From: Pseudomonadota bacterium
GTDB lineage: Bacteria > Campylobacterota > Campylobacteria > Campylobacterales > Sulfurimonadaceae
Direction: 5' to 3'
DNA length: 64,000 nt
Assembly: GCA_043797085.1 (NCBI GenBank)
Contig: JAZDQA010000013.1
Span: forward strand, 224,001 to 288,000
Below, piece after piece: positions 38,788-49,100 of this stretch (the stretch's first letter is position 1; each line of letters opens with the position of its first letter). The notes under the pieces were generated by a model. The model did not search any database. It saw nothing but the letters and a program-made list of their open reading frames with translations, and was not told the origin of the DNA. A program made the position numbers and the translations under genes.

Positions 38788-39709
38788 TTTCCGTCTCAAT
38801 CCGTGTTTTTTGAAGCTTATCCTCTATAACTTTCACCTCTAAACGGCTTGCCTCTATCGATACCAAGTATTTTGTAATCTCTTCGGCACGTGCCGTTGAA
38901 AAGAGCTGTGCGGTGGGATAAAGAGCGACCAACCGTACAGGAGCAACCGTGTCTTGAAACAGACGTACCAAAAGCTTATCTCCCTTCTTCATCGTATCGG
39001 CTAGTTGTTTCAATTGACCTTTCCCTAATATCGTTAAAACAACATCCCCTTTTACAAAAAGGTCTTGATTGTCATACGTACGAATAGTGGATTTTTTAAC
39101 ATCCGTCATCTCGCTCTTGGCTTCAACTTTCTCTTTTTTAACACTTTGCGATTCCAATTCCATGTAAATACAAGCCCCTTTGACATTGGGAGCGATGAGG
39201 GTGTAATTACCCTCACTGATTTTCCACTCTTTGATTTTAAGCTCTTTTAGATTGTCATCCAATCCTTTGTAGTTGAAAACTTTTTGCTCTTTTGGAACCA
39301 TCACCGTCAAGATGTTTTGCTCGATCACACACTCTTTTGAACTGGCACAATCACCGCCGCAAATTAAAATTTTATTGATAGTCTCAGTACTGTTCACAAT
39401 AAAATCATTTCTCTCAATGTGCTGCGTGTACGAATATCGATCGGTTGCACCAAAGCGTAATTTTACTTTCTCATCTTTTTGAGTTTCAATCGTATAGTTA
39501 CCAGGTTGTGCATACGTAATTTGTTTTTTATCAAATCCTTTATCAAACAAAAACTCATACGACTCTTGTTTATCCCCTTGATGATAAAAATGGGCAGTGG
39601 CAGAGGAGAGATCAGATTTAGGATAAAAAACCAATTTGCTCATGTTAGCATTTGCGATACTAAGCCCCAACATCGTCACCAATAATACTAATATACTTTT
39701 TTTCATCAT
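38771..39709 (-). CDS. Secreted hypothetical protein with degenerate OmpA/MotB-like C-terminal domain
   Basis: Signal peptide (ANA); motif LFVKGDVVL...YPTAQLFSTARAEEITKYL. Confidence 0.55.
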   Translation of the reverse strand: MMKKSILVLLVTMLGLSIANANMSKLVFYPKSDLSSATAHFYHQGDKQESYEFLFDKGFDKKQITYAQPGNYTIETQKDEKVKLRFGATDRYSYTQHIERNDFIVNSTETINKILICGGDCASSKECVIEQNILTVMVPKEQKVFNYKGLDDNLKELKIKEWKISEGNYTLIAPNVKGACIYMELESQSVKKEKVEAKSEMTDVKKSTIRTYDNQDLFVKGDVVLTILGKGQLKQLADTMKKGDKLLVRLFQDTVAPVRLVALYPTAQLFSTARAEEITKYLVSIEASRLEVKVIEDKLQKTRIETEIIPAR

Positions 39710-39816
39710 AACCTCACTATAACCAGCCTACGCACATAGTAATAAAAAAATGCTTAAAAACTTTGCTTTATCCCTTACATGCTACAATGTCTTTACTTTA
39801 ATATCCGAGTCTCTCA

Positions 39817-41103
39817 ATGTTTAAAACCGAATCTTATCTCCCTATAATCGAATCCAGTATCCACGATTTTTACAATGATCTCGAATATGAGGGGTATCTT
39901 GGAAACAGTAATTTCGAATATGCCCGTGCTATCAATCACCACAAGGAACTTTTTATTGCACTGCTTGCATCCAGCAATGCGGAGGATGCAACTGAAAAAA
40001 CCGAAGAGTTTGTACACTTTTGTGTTACACACGACATCCCTTATATGTTCGTCTATGGAGAGCTTCTCACCATTGCACGAAATTTGATGGGTATTCTCGC
40101 CAAAGAGGGAGATCTTGAAAATCTCAAAAAACTCAATGCCTATTTTGACAACCTTGAACATGAAATCACCGTTGCTTATTTTCATAAATTTCTCCGACGC
40201 CTTGCTGCCAAAAATCACCTGCGCCTCTCTCACATCGCCAACCTCGTTGAAAAAAATCTCATGGTTCATTATCAACAACACATTGAATGGCTTATTGCCC
40301 TCATTTCCTACATTGAAAATAGCTGTACAACTTCGCATCCAGAGCTCAACCATTGTCTTTGCAAGTTTGGACAATGGCTTCATAGCACCGCTATCCCCTA
40401 CATCGTTACGACAAGCCACTTTAAAGAAGTGACACGCCTGCATCAAAGCTTGCATGATGCGGCAAGCGATGTAGTAGGGCAATGTCAACAGCTCATCCTA
40501 AAACCTAAACATTTGATCCATCTGCTCCAACGCCTTGACTACATCTCGTTGGAAATCGGAAATGAGATTGCTATTTTAAACGATATGATGATGATTGAAG
40601 AGTATTCTAAAGATCCCCTCACTGGTCTACTAACGCGCCGACTGTTCGATAAAGTGATGATGGGGCAAATCGAAACCGCCAAGGCGACAGAGAGTCAATG
40701 CTCTCTCCTTATGTGTGATTTGGATCATTTCAAAATCATCAATGACACATACGGTCATTTGGCAGGAGATGCGGTTATCAAAGATTTTTCCGCACTGCTT
40801 CAAAAAATATTGCGAAAATCGGATTTTATTTTCCGCTATGGAGGGGAAGAGTTTATCGTCCTTCTCCCTGCCACTTCCAAGACTCAAGCGCGAACCATTG
40901 CACAAAAAATTTGCGATGAAGCCGCAGCCCAAGTTGTCCTTTTTGATACCATTCCCTTAAGCTATACCGTCAGCATTGGAGTAACCGCGGTTGTAACCGA
41001 CGACACCTCTTATATCCTTAAAGAGACGATTCAAAGTTACGTTGCCGAAGTTGACAGCAAACTCTATCTCGCCAAACAAAACGGACGCAATCGGGTGGAA
41101 TAA
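39817..41103 (+). CDS. Diguanylate cyclase with CZB zinc-binding domain (DgcZ-like)
   Basis: HIEW...CKFGQWL...HQSLH; RKSD-x5-GGEEF; upstream TGCTACAAT. Confidence 0.9.
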   Translation: MFKTESYLPIIESSIHDFYNDLEYEGYLGNSNFEYARAINHHKELFIALLASSNAEDATEKTEEFVHFCVTHDIPYMFVYGELLTIARNLMGILAKEGDLENLKKLNAYFDNLEHEITVAYFHKFLRRLAAKNHLRLSHIANLVEKNLMVHYQQHIEWLIALISYIENSCTTSHPELNHCLCKFGQWLHSTAIPYIVTTSHFKEVTRLHQSLHDAASDVVGQCQQLILKPKHLIHLLQRLDYISLEIGNEIAILNDMMMIEEYSKDPLTGLLTRRLFDKVMMGQIETAKATESQCSLLMCDLDHFKIINDTYGHLAGDAVIKDFSALLQKILRKSDFIFRYGGEEFIVLLPATSKTQARTIAQKICDEAAAQVVLFDTIPLSYTVSIGVTAVVTDDTSYILKETIQSYVAEVDSKLYLAKQNGRNRVE

Positions 41104-41107
41104 TCCC

Positions 41108-41446
41108 TTAACGGATCTTCACCAGCACTTTACGCTGACAATCACACTCTCCAAAATAGACCCATTGTTCTTGATACATGGGTTGTGGTGCATACACAAC
41201 AGGGGCTTGAACATTTTGTACGTACGTAACGCTTTCTCTTTGAGGAGAAGAGAGGGCATACCCGATAACACTTCCTACAACCAAGGGGATAACCCAATTG
41301 TTATGATGCCCTCCCCTTTCATACGACATCCGTTCGTGATGAGAACCACGGTTACCTCTATGCTCATTCCCGCGATCCGCATAAAGCGAAGTTGAGAGAA
41401 GTGCAGTTGCACCTAAAACGGTGACGAATAATTGTAATGGTTTCAT
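41108..41446 (-). CDS. Small secreted hypothetical protein (His/Arg-rich, glycine-zipper-like helix)
   Basis: Signal peptide, AGGAG RBS, VVGSVIGYAL segment, Pro/Val/Tyr-rich tail. Confidence 0.7.
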   Translation of the reverse strand: MKPLQLFVTVLGATALLSTSLYADRGNEHRGNRGSHHERMSYERGGHHNNWVIPLVVGSVIGYALSSPQRESVTYVQNVQAPVVYAPQPMYQEQWVYFGECDCQRKVLVKIR

Positions 41447-41507
41447 TGGAAACTCCTACTTTTTAGATAGTCGTATTGTTGCCCATAACTGTGAAGTCAT
41501 TGTGGAA

Positions 41508-41516
41508 TGGTATAAT
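41508..41516 (+). promoter_or_regulatory. Extended -10 promoter for the M15 peptidase
   Basis: TGGTATAAT, then AGGAG RBS and ATG 41546. Confidence 0.6.
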
Positions 41517-41545
41517 TGCCCAAATAAATACAGGAGAGTATTGTA

Positions 41546-42307
41546 ATGAAGTATCAATGGTTAGGATTATGGGTCCTTACAGCATCGCTGTACGCTTCTC
41601 CCCAATGTTACACGCAAGGCTATGGCGACCTCATCACTTCTGTCAACGAAACGTCCCTGATCCTCAAAGATGGTACTCAATTGCCATACCATACCGACAG
41701 CGCAAAGACATCATGGGATGAAAAAATCAACAATGCTGATTTAGAAATGCAGCTTTCACAAGCCTACGATGCCGGCGGAATAGAGACACCACCGCCCTAT
41801 CTCTTTGATCCGGGACGTTTACGCTATCAGCCTTTTTTCCAAGCTCTCTACGGCAAAGATAAAAAAGCCATCGAAAAAAATCTTGTCACGATCCAATGGC
41901 CAACACTCAAAGGTTCCGTAAAACTCCCCGTCAACAAAGTGGGAGAAGTGGATAAAAAACTTTATGCAATCGGTCAAGAGATCGCAAAACTTCCTAAAAA
42001 AGATCGGATTTGGGCAGAGGGCGCAACGACTTATTGTTATCGCGTTATCAAAGACACTGACCGACTCTCCATGCACAGCTTTGGTATCGCCATCGACTTG
42101 GCCCCAGCCACTACCCAATACTGGAAAGACGAAGCTCCTAACGAGACCGATAAAATCGGTTATAAAAATACCATGCCTATGTCTATCGTTCGCATTTTTG
42201 AAAAATATGGCTTTATTTGGGGTGGGCGCTGGTACCACTACGATACGATGCATTTCGAATATCGTCCTGAACTCTTCGCCCCCACATGTGCTACAAAGGG
42301 TATATAA
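41546..42307 (+). CDS. M15 family metallopeptidase (peptidoglycan peptidase)
   Basis: Signal peptide; SMHSFGIAID (SxHxxGxAxD); WGGRW; DTMHFEY. Confidence 0.9.
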   Translation: MKYQWLGLWVLTASLYASPQCYTQGYGDLITSVNETSLILKDGTQLPYHTDSAKTSWDEKINNADLEMQLSQAYDAGGIETPPPYLFDPGRLRYQPFFQALYGKDKKAIEKNLVTIQWPTLKGSVKLPVNKVGEVDKKLYAIGQEIAKLPKKDRIWAEGATTYCYRVIKDTDRLSMHSFGIAIDLAPATTQYWKDEAPNETDKIGYKNTMPMSIVRIFEKYGFIWGGRWYHYDTMHFEYRPELFAPTCATKGI

Positions 42308-42310
42308 ATT

Positions 42311-43642
42311 TTAGCAGCTGGTGCATGTAATCGTTTGGTTACGCCCTTGATGTTTGGCCGCGTAAAGCGCTTGATCTGCTCGTTCAATCACCATACTCAA
42401 AGCATCTTCTGTATTGACACGGGTTATCCCGATACTGCACGTGATGTGTCCTGCTTGATTAAAAATATACGCTTCAACAGCGAGACGAATTTTTTCAGCC
42501 GCGACGTATGCTTGATCACAATCCGTATGTTGCAACAAAACGACAAATTCTTCCCCGCCCCATCGGGCAAAGACGTCTGCCTCTCGAATCAACCCTGTGA
42601 CAATCGAGCTAAACGTCTTAAGGACATAATCGCCGATATTATGCCCATAGGTGTCATTGACTTTTTTGAAATCATCCAAATCCAGCATTAAAAGCGATAA
42701 GTCAATATTGTACCGTTTTGATGTTGCCAATTCTTTGTCGAAAAGTTCTGCAAACATATGCCGATTATTGATCGAGGTAAGAGAATCTTTGGTTGCCAAA
42801 GTGGTTAAATGTTTATTTTTTTGTTGAAGGATTTGGTTCAGTTCTTCAAATTTATCGTAATGCGTATTCAGCAACTGTGACCACTTTAAATACGTTCGAG
42901 AGATAAGATCTTGCTGTGTCACGATACCAATAATAATCCCATTCTCTACAACAACAATCCTCTTATAATGATGACTTTTAAAGAAATCAAGGGCATCACT
43001 GATCGTAGCTGTTGAGAGCATTGTTTCCAATGGTGAAGACATCACCTCTCCAGCGGTAATACTGGAACAATGATCATCATCGATAAATTTCAAAATATCT
43101 TTGGAGGTAACAATTCCAACAGGAAGACTTTTATCTTGGATAATGACACAATCAGAAAGAGCATCTTTCATGTATTCCAAAACATTATCCATGTTTTCCG
43201 AACAATCAAAGCTTTTAAATCCAAATTTTTTATCGAAAATAGTTCCAAGCTGCAAACTTTCCAAAACGACCTGAGGATCGACACTTGCCACAATATCACT
43301 GTTGGTAACCAACCCATATAATGAGCCATCCTCATTGCAAACACAAATATACTCACCTGTTTTGTCCGTCATATTAAGAGCATTAATAACATTACTCTCT
43401 TTGCTTAAACGCGGAAGTGTATGCAATGAAATTTTTGATAGCGGTGTCGAAAAATCAATTTTTTCTACTTTTAAACGAATCAAATCCTTCGAAGTAATGA
43501 TGTGATGAAGGGGTCCATTCACGACGACAATACTTCGATGCTCATGCTCGTGCATCTTTCTTAAGGCGTCGTTAATGGTATCGTTGATATCGGCACAGAT
43601 AACATCCGTGGAAGCAATCAATTCAAGGGTGGGGAAAAACAT
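42311..43642 (-). CDS. Diguanylate cyclase with four CBS domains
   Basis: Repeated GIVT/IITxxD CBS units; READ-x5-GGEEF. Confidence 0.92.
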   Translation of the reverse strand: MFFPTLELIASTDVICADINDTINDALRKMHEHEHRSIVVVNGPLHHIITSKDLIRLKVEKIDFSTPLSKISLHTLPRLSKESNVINALNMTDKTGEYICVCNEDGSLYGLVTNSDIVASVDPQVVLESLQLGTIFDKKFGFKSFDCSENMDNVLEYMKDALSDCVIIQDKSLPVGIVTSKDILKFIDDDHCSSITAGEVMSSPLETMLSTATISDALDFFKSHHYKRIVVVENGIIIGIVTQQDLISRTYLKWSQLLNTHYDKFEELNQILQQKNKHLTTLATKDSLTSINNRHMFAELFDKELATSKRYNIDLSLLMLDLDDFKKVNDTYGHNIGDYVLKTFSSIVTGLIREADVFARWGGEEFVVLLQHTDCDQAYVAAEKIRLAVEAYIFNQAGHITCSIGITRVNTEDALSMVIERADQALYAAKHQGRNQTITCTSC

Positions 43643-43727
43643 ACGGTAAACTCCTCTATATGTTTTATTATACCCCCAATTTTCATAAAAAACTAACTTT
43701 TCTCTAACTAAAGAAGGAAGATTCTAT

Positions 43728-44078
43728 CTATCGCCTAATCAAAAATTCAATCACTTTTTCAACTGGACGCCCGATCAGCGCTCGATTATTCTCAATGAGA
43801 ATTGGTCTTTCGATTAATTTAGGGTACTCCGCTAGGGCGTCAATAAGTTTTGATTCCTCTGTTACTTCCGCAAGTCCCAACTCTTTATACAGATCTTCTT
43901 TTGTCCGCATAAGCTCCCGCGCCGATATTCCAAGCTTTTGCAAAAGGTCCGTGATCTCTTGTCGGGAAGGTGTTGTTTCCAGATATTTAACTACTTCATA
44001 GGAAAGCCCCTTCTCTTCGAGGAGTTTGAGGGCTTCACGCGATTTCGAACATTTTGGATTGTGCCAAATGGTTATCAT
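43728..44078 (-). CDS. arsC: Arsenate reductase (glutaredoxin-type ArsC family)
   Basis: Motifs HNPKCSKSR, LIERP, IGRP. Start reassigned to ATG 44078. Confidence 0.85.
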   Translation of the reverse strand: MITIWHNPKCSKSREALKLLEEKGLSYEVVKYLETTPSRQEITDLLQKLGISARELMRTKEDLYKELGLAEVTEESKLIDALAEYPKLIERPILIENNRALIGRPVEKVIEFLIRR

Positions 44079-44144
44079 GGTGTCTCTCTTTTTTATCAAC
44101 ATTATAACGCAACGCATTAAGGCTCTCTTGTGGAAGTATCTATC

Positions 44145-46223
44145 TTACCATTTCCCCTCAATCGATAAAACCACCTGTGGTTTTGTATGCTCTTTATCCA
44201 CCTGAGTCTGCGTAATCGCTCCTGCTGCATCGTACAGACGTGAAGTTGTCTCTACCGTAGAAGCCGTGATATTTTTCACGTTAAACTGTAATTTAAACGT
44301 TTTATTGAGCCGTTTATTGGCATAGAAATCGAGTGTGCCGTACCCTTTTTGCGATTGGGATATGAAATACTCCTGCGGATCATCGTATCCACCGACGTAG
44401 CGATAAGCGGCTCCGTAGGTGATTTCAGAGCCTTTTAGCGTGTGATCAAAACCGAGGTTACAGGTAAAATTCGGTGTTTGTAAAAGCTCTCTTTTGACTC
44501 CGGTTAGAGTGTTCGTAATCGATGAGTCTTGCAGCGTTGCATTGGCAAAAATTCCGAACCCTGTGATGTACTCTTTGAGTGATTTTTTAACCTCTAATTC
44601 AAGACCCCACAACGATCCCTCTCCAGCATTTTCAGGGGTTTGTTCATAGCGTCCCGATACGGAGTTAAAACGGATCGCATTTTCGATTTTATCATTGATG
44701 GTTCGATAAAACCCGCCGATACTCGCTAAGCCTTTATCCTCAAAAAAATGTTCGTACCGAAGCTCATAACTCAACGCTTTCTCTTCGTTCAAATTCGGAT
44801 TTCCGATCACATCGGGGCGATGGATGCTGTTTTCATCGAGGGTGCTGTTGGTACTCGCCGATAGTTGGCTGAGTCTTGGGAGACGGACGGTTTTAGCAAC
44901 ACTTGCACGGATATTGTCTTTTGGTGTCACCTGAAACAGTGCGTGCAGAGAGGGCGCGAAGTAACCCAGATTCGACGTTGCACCATAGTCTCTCTCTAAT
45001 GTTTCATAACGAAGACCCGGGGTAATGACGATCCCCTCATTCAGTGTATATTCGTCTTGGATATAGAGGGCGAGCTTGTCCTCTTTCATCTGAATTTTAT
45101 CGTTCACAGAAGTGACATCTACCCCGTTTAACACCCGTGTCGTTTCATCGATTTGATCGCTTCTTTTGAGTTCAAATCCGGCTTTGATAAAGTGATCCTC
45201 TCGAAGTGCGGAATAATCTCCTTGAAGTCCGTAAAACCGACTCAATACATAATCGTGATTTTTTCGGTTGTTAGCAGATGGGGTCGATAATGACTCCAAA
45301 TCGGCACTCTCTTCAAACGAATGGATTTTTGCCTTCCATTCAAAAATATCATCACCAAATCGGTGCTCCGCCCCCAATGCCGACCAAAGCATCGTATTGG
45401 TAGCATCGTCGTAACTTTGGTAACGACTTGTCGGAGTGGCTGAGCCTTCGGTTAGCGTCGTTGAATTAATCCTATCAGTATCATGATTAAACGTCACAGA
45501 GCCGTCATAGAGTATTTTAAGGCGTGAAGAGGGGGTGAAGTTCAGTTTTCCACGCAGTCCTACGGAGCGATTTTTGCTTTTATCGTCACGCTTCTCATTG
45601 GTATTTAATGCTATTTTATCGGTAAAAATATCCGTCCGATCTACTTTACGGTTTTCAGACGCGGTAAGGTTTGCCAAATACGAAATTTTATCGATTTTCC
45701 CTTCTCGTTGAACATACGCGGTTTCACTCAAATCCTCACCGTAGGCACCAACGGTTACTTTTGCTAACATTCGCCCCTCTGCCTTTGGTTTTTTGAGAAC
45801 GACGTTGACGATCCCCCCCATCGATTCGGCAGTGTACTCTGCCGAACCGTTGGTCATCACCTCGATGCGCTCGATCATGTCGGGTGAAATCTGCTCTAAC
45901 GGACTAGCACGCTTACTCGTACCCGTCGAAGTCGCCTCACCGTCGATCATTACCACCGTGTATCCCTTACCCGGTGCACTAGCGGGTCCTTTGCCATTTG
46001 GAATCGTTACCCCAGGGGTGCGTCGGAGAATCTCTAACGCATTCGAATCCCCATACTGAGTCAATTCCTCTGCTTTGATAATCCGTTTGGCGATGGAATT
46101 ATCCCGTCGCTCATCGATAGCGGAATACTCTTCGGCGACTTGGATTTTTTCTAACGTCACAATCTCTTGCGCACACACACTGCTAATCATAGCGGTAGAT
46201 GCAAGTATAATTCGATAATTCAC
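44145..46223 (-). CDS. TonB-dependent receptor
   Basis: Plug motifs RRTPGVT and IERIEV...GGIVN; GNPNLNEE; C-terminal GKW. Likely GTG start at 46223. Confidence 0.93.
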   Translation of the reverse strand: MNYRIILASTAMISSVCAQEIVTLEKIQVAEEYSAIDERRDNSIAKRIIKAEELTQYGDSNALEILRRTPGVTIPNGKGPASAPGKGYTVVMIDGEATSTGTSKRASPLEQISPDMIERIEVMTNGSAEYTAESMGGIVNVVLKKPKAEGRMLAKVTVGAYGEDLSETAYVQREGKIDKISYLANLTASENRKVDRTDIFTDKIALNTNEKRDDKSKNRSVGLRGKLNFTPSSRLKILYDGSVTFNHDTDRINSTTLTEGSATPTSRYQSYDDATNTMLWSALGAEHRFGDDIFEWKAKIHSFEESADLESLSTPSANNRKNHDYVLSRFYGLQGDYSALREDHFIKAGFELKRSDQIDETTRVLNGVDVTSVNDKIQMKEDKLALYIQDEYTLNEGIVITPGLRYETLERDYGATSNLGYFAPSLHALFQVTPKDNIRASVAKTVRLPRLSQLSASTNSTLDENSIHRPDVIGNPNLNEEKALSYELRYEHFFEDKGLASIGGFYRTINDKIENAIRFNSVSGRYEQTPENAGEGSLWGLELEVKKSLKEYITGFGIFANATLQDSSITNTLTGVKRELLQTPNFTCNLGFDHTLKGSEITYGAAYRYVGGYDDPQEYFISQSQKGYGTLDFYANKRLNKTFKLQFNVKNITASTVETTSRLYDAAGAITQTQVDKEHTKPQVVLSIEGKW

Positions 46224-46236
46224 AATAGGTTCCTGC

Positions 46237-46626
46237 TTATTTTTGTTTGTCGGTGACAATATAGAGCTGTTCATGCCCTAGACGTTTAAGAACGTCCATC
46301 ACTCCAACAAAATTTTGAAATGCTGCATCTTTATCGCTGTAAAGTACAACTGTCATCTCTTTACCACCAGCCACTACACGCTGTTCAAACTCTGCCAAAG
46401 TGATCGGAGTTTTTGCCTCATCCAACATTAGAATCCCGTCTTTTCGGATAGTCAGTTTAAGTTCTGAGGGTTTATGCTCTGCAGCTGTCCCTTTGGCATC
46501 AGGCAACTCAACAGGGATTAATCCGGTACGAATAAATGTCGCCGTCGTCAATACCATGACCAAAAGAACCAGCATAATGTCGATAAAAGGAATGACGTTA
46601 ATGGAATCAACCCGTTTCATTTTCAT
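46237..46626 (-). CDS. exbD: Biopolymer transport protein ExbD
   Basis: Motifs INVIPFIDIMLVLL, VELP, SDKDA. Confidence 0.95.
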   Translation of the reverse strand: MKMKRVDSINVIPFIDIMLVLLVMVLTTATFIRTGLIPVELPDAKGTAAEHKPSELKLTIRKDGILMLDEAKTPITLAEFEQRVVAGGKEMTVVLYSDKDAAFQNFVGVMDVLKRLGHEQLYIVTDKQK

Positions 46627-46629
46627 AGG

Positions 46630-47082
46630 TTACCCTCGATTTTTATGGGCGCTAATGTCCCATTGTGTCAAAAGTCGTTCCATTTTTCGAAGCAAAATAT
46701 TGTAAAAAATGATAGCAGGGATAGCAACCACCAGCCCCATCGCCGTAGCTTTGAGCGCCAATGCCAATCCGGTCATAATCTTCTTCGGATCAACCGCACC
46801 AACATCACCGAGGCTGTAAAACGTAATCATAATCCCCAATACCGTCCCAAGCAGTCCCACATAAGGAGCATTGGAACCGATAGTCGCAATCGTACTGACG
46901 TTATTACCTAAATCAAGCTCCAACTCCTCTTTGGTCTCGTAATCATGGATACGTACCGACCCATACGCCATCATTCTCTCGATAAAAAGCGAGAGTGAGG
47001 CAACACTCATTAACACCAAAATCCCGATAATTCCATAATCAATCGCCGCGTGTGCGAATTCCAACATGTTGCTATTTTCCAT
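46630..47082 (-). CDS. exbB: Biopolymer transport protein ExbB (short Campylobacterota type)
   Basis: Motifs TIGSNAPYVGLLGTV and ALKATAMGLVVAIP. Confidence 0.95.
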   Translation of the reverse strand: MENSNMLEFAHAAIDYGIIGILVLMSVASLSLFIERMMAYGSVRIHDYETKEELELDLGNNVSTIATIGSNAPYVGLLGTVLGIMITFYSLGDVGAVDPKKIMTGLALALKATAMGLVVAIPAIIFYNILLRKMERLLTQWDISAHKNRG

Positions 47083-48262
47083 TTTTTTCTCCCTGTGTGG
47101 TTAATTTTAACGCTTTTCTTCTCTTCTTTTTAAGCCACAATAGTGTTCCGGTAATCATCAAGATTATCGTCACAATGCCCGAAGCAAAAATCATCAAACG
47201 ACCTGTCATTCCCAAGGCTTCACCATTATGCAAAGGAAACTGCCAATTAATAAACGATTGTCCTGAAGATACTTTTAACGGATCTTTCACATAAAGGACT
47301 TTCCCACTATACTGATCGATCCATATTGTTGTTTGCCCTTTTGTTTTTCGGACTTCACCCTCTTGGCGTTTGTAAACTTTATACGTATCTTCAGCATCTA
47401 TAGGCAAGCTGATATGACTCAATACTGCATTTGGAAAAGTACTATTTGCAATTTTCACCGCATCTTCGATAGTGATAGCCTTAGTCTCCAATAGCGTGTG
47501 CGTCGAGGTTAAATCTTTGGGTGTTTTTTCCAGCGGAGAAAAAACTTTTACTACAGGTTTGATGTATTCGGGAAAAATCAAATAGACTCCCGTGAACGTA
47601 ACGACTACGAGGATGATTGCAGTGTAAATACCGCTAACACGATGCAAGTCCAAATTAAATCGAACCGAATTTCCATCATGCTTGAGCTTTAGAGCGCGTT
47701 TGAATTTGCCATTTCTTGGCCACCATAAATAAATACCGCTTAGGACAACGATAAGCCACGCAATCCCCGAAAGCCCAACGATTGTTCGACCGGTTCCTCC
47801 CAAAAGAAGAGATGAGTGCAGTTCATAAATAGTTTTAATCAGATGCGCTCCGTCAACGCCGTACGTGCTACGGTCACGTTTTCCCAAAACTTCTGCCGTA
47901 TAAGGGTTTACCATCACTTGAAACCAATCAAATCCGCCGCAGCATTTAGGCATGCCTGCCTCAGGATGCTCTTTAGGCGTTTTAAACAACACCAAACAAA
48001 CACTCTCTTTCTCTTTAGGAGGATAGATCAAAGCAGCAGGTTTATCCGGATACGCCATTTTAGCCGAAGCCAAAATTTCAGACATCGATTTTCGGTGTCC
48101 ATCTCCATAATCGCTCACGGTAAATAGTTCAGGATTAATCATCTCATCCAATGCATCGTCAAAAACAATCACACTTCCAGTAATACCAACAACGAGAAAA
48201 ATTATCCCTAAAAATAAACTCAAGTAAAGATGAATCTTCACAAAAATACTTCGTACACTCAT
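47072..48262 (-). CDS. PepSY-associated TM helix protein (FoxB/PiuB-like)
   Basis: Motifs IHLYLSL, VNPYTAEVLG, ELH, SGIYLWWP, DLHRVSG, IDQYSG, PLHNG. Confidence 0.9.
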   Translation of the reverse strand: MSVRSIFVKIHLYLSLFLGIIFLVVGITGSVIVFDDALDEMINPELFTVSDYGDGHRKSMSEILASAKMAYPDKPAALIYPPKEKESVCLVLFKTPKEHPEAGMPKCCGGFDWFQVMVNPYTAEVLGKRDRSTYGVDGAHLIKTIYELHSSLLLGGTGRTIVGLSGIAWLIVVLSGIYLWWPRNGKFKRALKLKHDGNSVRFNLDLHRVSGIYTAIILVVVTFTGVYLIFPEYIKPVVKVFSPLEKTPKDLTSTHTLLETKAITIEDAVKIANSTFPNAVLSHISLPIDAEDTYKVYKRQEGEVRKTKGQTTIWIDQYSGKVLYVKDPLKVSSGQSFINWQFPLHNGEALGMTGRLMIFASGIVTIILMITGTLLWLKKKRRKALKLTTQGEKNGK

Positions 48263-48293
48263 TTGAACCTCTTTTATCGATTATGTATATTTT

Positions 48294-49100
48294 TCAACTC
48301 TCTGATTCGCTCAAAAACGCATCACGAGCCAAAACGGCTGCACCGTAGGATGTTGTAATTTGCGGAAATTCAGGGACAAAAATTTTGTGTCCTAGTTCAT
48401 TTTCTATCGCGCTTACAAGCCCACCATTTAATGCCGGTCCTCCGTCAAAGTAGACATTTTCTTTGACCCCGACTCGCTTCACGAGTTTCACGATCCGTTT
48501 GGCAATCGAATAATGAACTCCCGAAACGATGTCTTCCACGCTGTGACCATTACCTAAAAGTCCTATGATTTCAGACTCAGCAAAAACCGCACACGTACTG
48601 CTGATCGAAAGCGGTGTCCCTTTGGATTGAAAATGAAAATCGCCAAGTTCATCCACTCCGATTTCCAAATTCATCGCGACCACATCGAGAAATTTTCCCG
48701 TTCCTGCCGCGCATCGGTCATTCATTGCAAAATTGACTACATTTCCCTCAGCATCCAGTGAAATCGCCTTGCTGTCTTGTCCGCCGATGTTAATGATGGT
48801 TTTTATCTCTCCATACTCTTTGGCTGCTTGTTGCGCACCGATGGCATTGGCGGTAATTTCACTGATGTTTTCATCCGCCTCTTTAAAAAGTTTACGCCCA
48901 TATCCTGTAGCTACCGTATAGACCACCTCACTCTCATCAATACCTAACTCTTTTAACAGCTCCGCCAACGCCTCTTGTGCGTATTTGTAAAACATACTCC
49001 CACTCGCGCTGATTTTATGCCCGACTAAATTTTTATTTTCATCTGCAACACTAATCTTGATTGCGGTAGAGCCGATGTCGATACCTACAAAATATTTCAT
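48294..49100 (-). CDS. ATP-dependent [4Fe-4S] activator (HgdC/BadF-type archerase; DCCP-R-like)
   Basis: Motifs GIDIGST, TGYGR, IGGQDSK, MNDRCAAGTGKF, SSTCAVFAESE. Confidence 0.95.
   Translation of the reverse strand: MKYFVGIDIGSTAIKISVADENKNLVGHKISASGSMFYKYAQEALAELLKELGIDESEVVYTVATGYGRKLFKEADENISEITANAIGAQQAAKEYGEIKTIINIGGQDSKAISLDAEGNVVNFAMNDRCAAGTGKFLDVVAMNLEIGVDELGDFHFQSKGTPLSISSTCAVFAESEIIGLLGNGHSVEDIVSGVHYSIAKRIVKLVKRVGVKENVYFDGGPALNGGLVSAIENELGHKIFVPEFPQITTSYGAAVLARDAFLSESES

Noticed and set aside
38044..38799. 251 aa antisense ORF
   Set aside because: It is a shadow of the plus-strand gene at 37897-38787, with no RBS or recognisable motifs.
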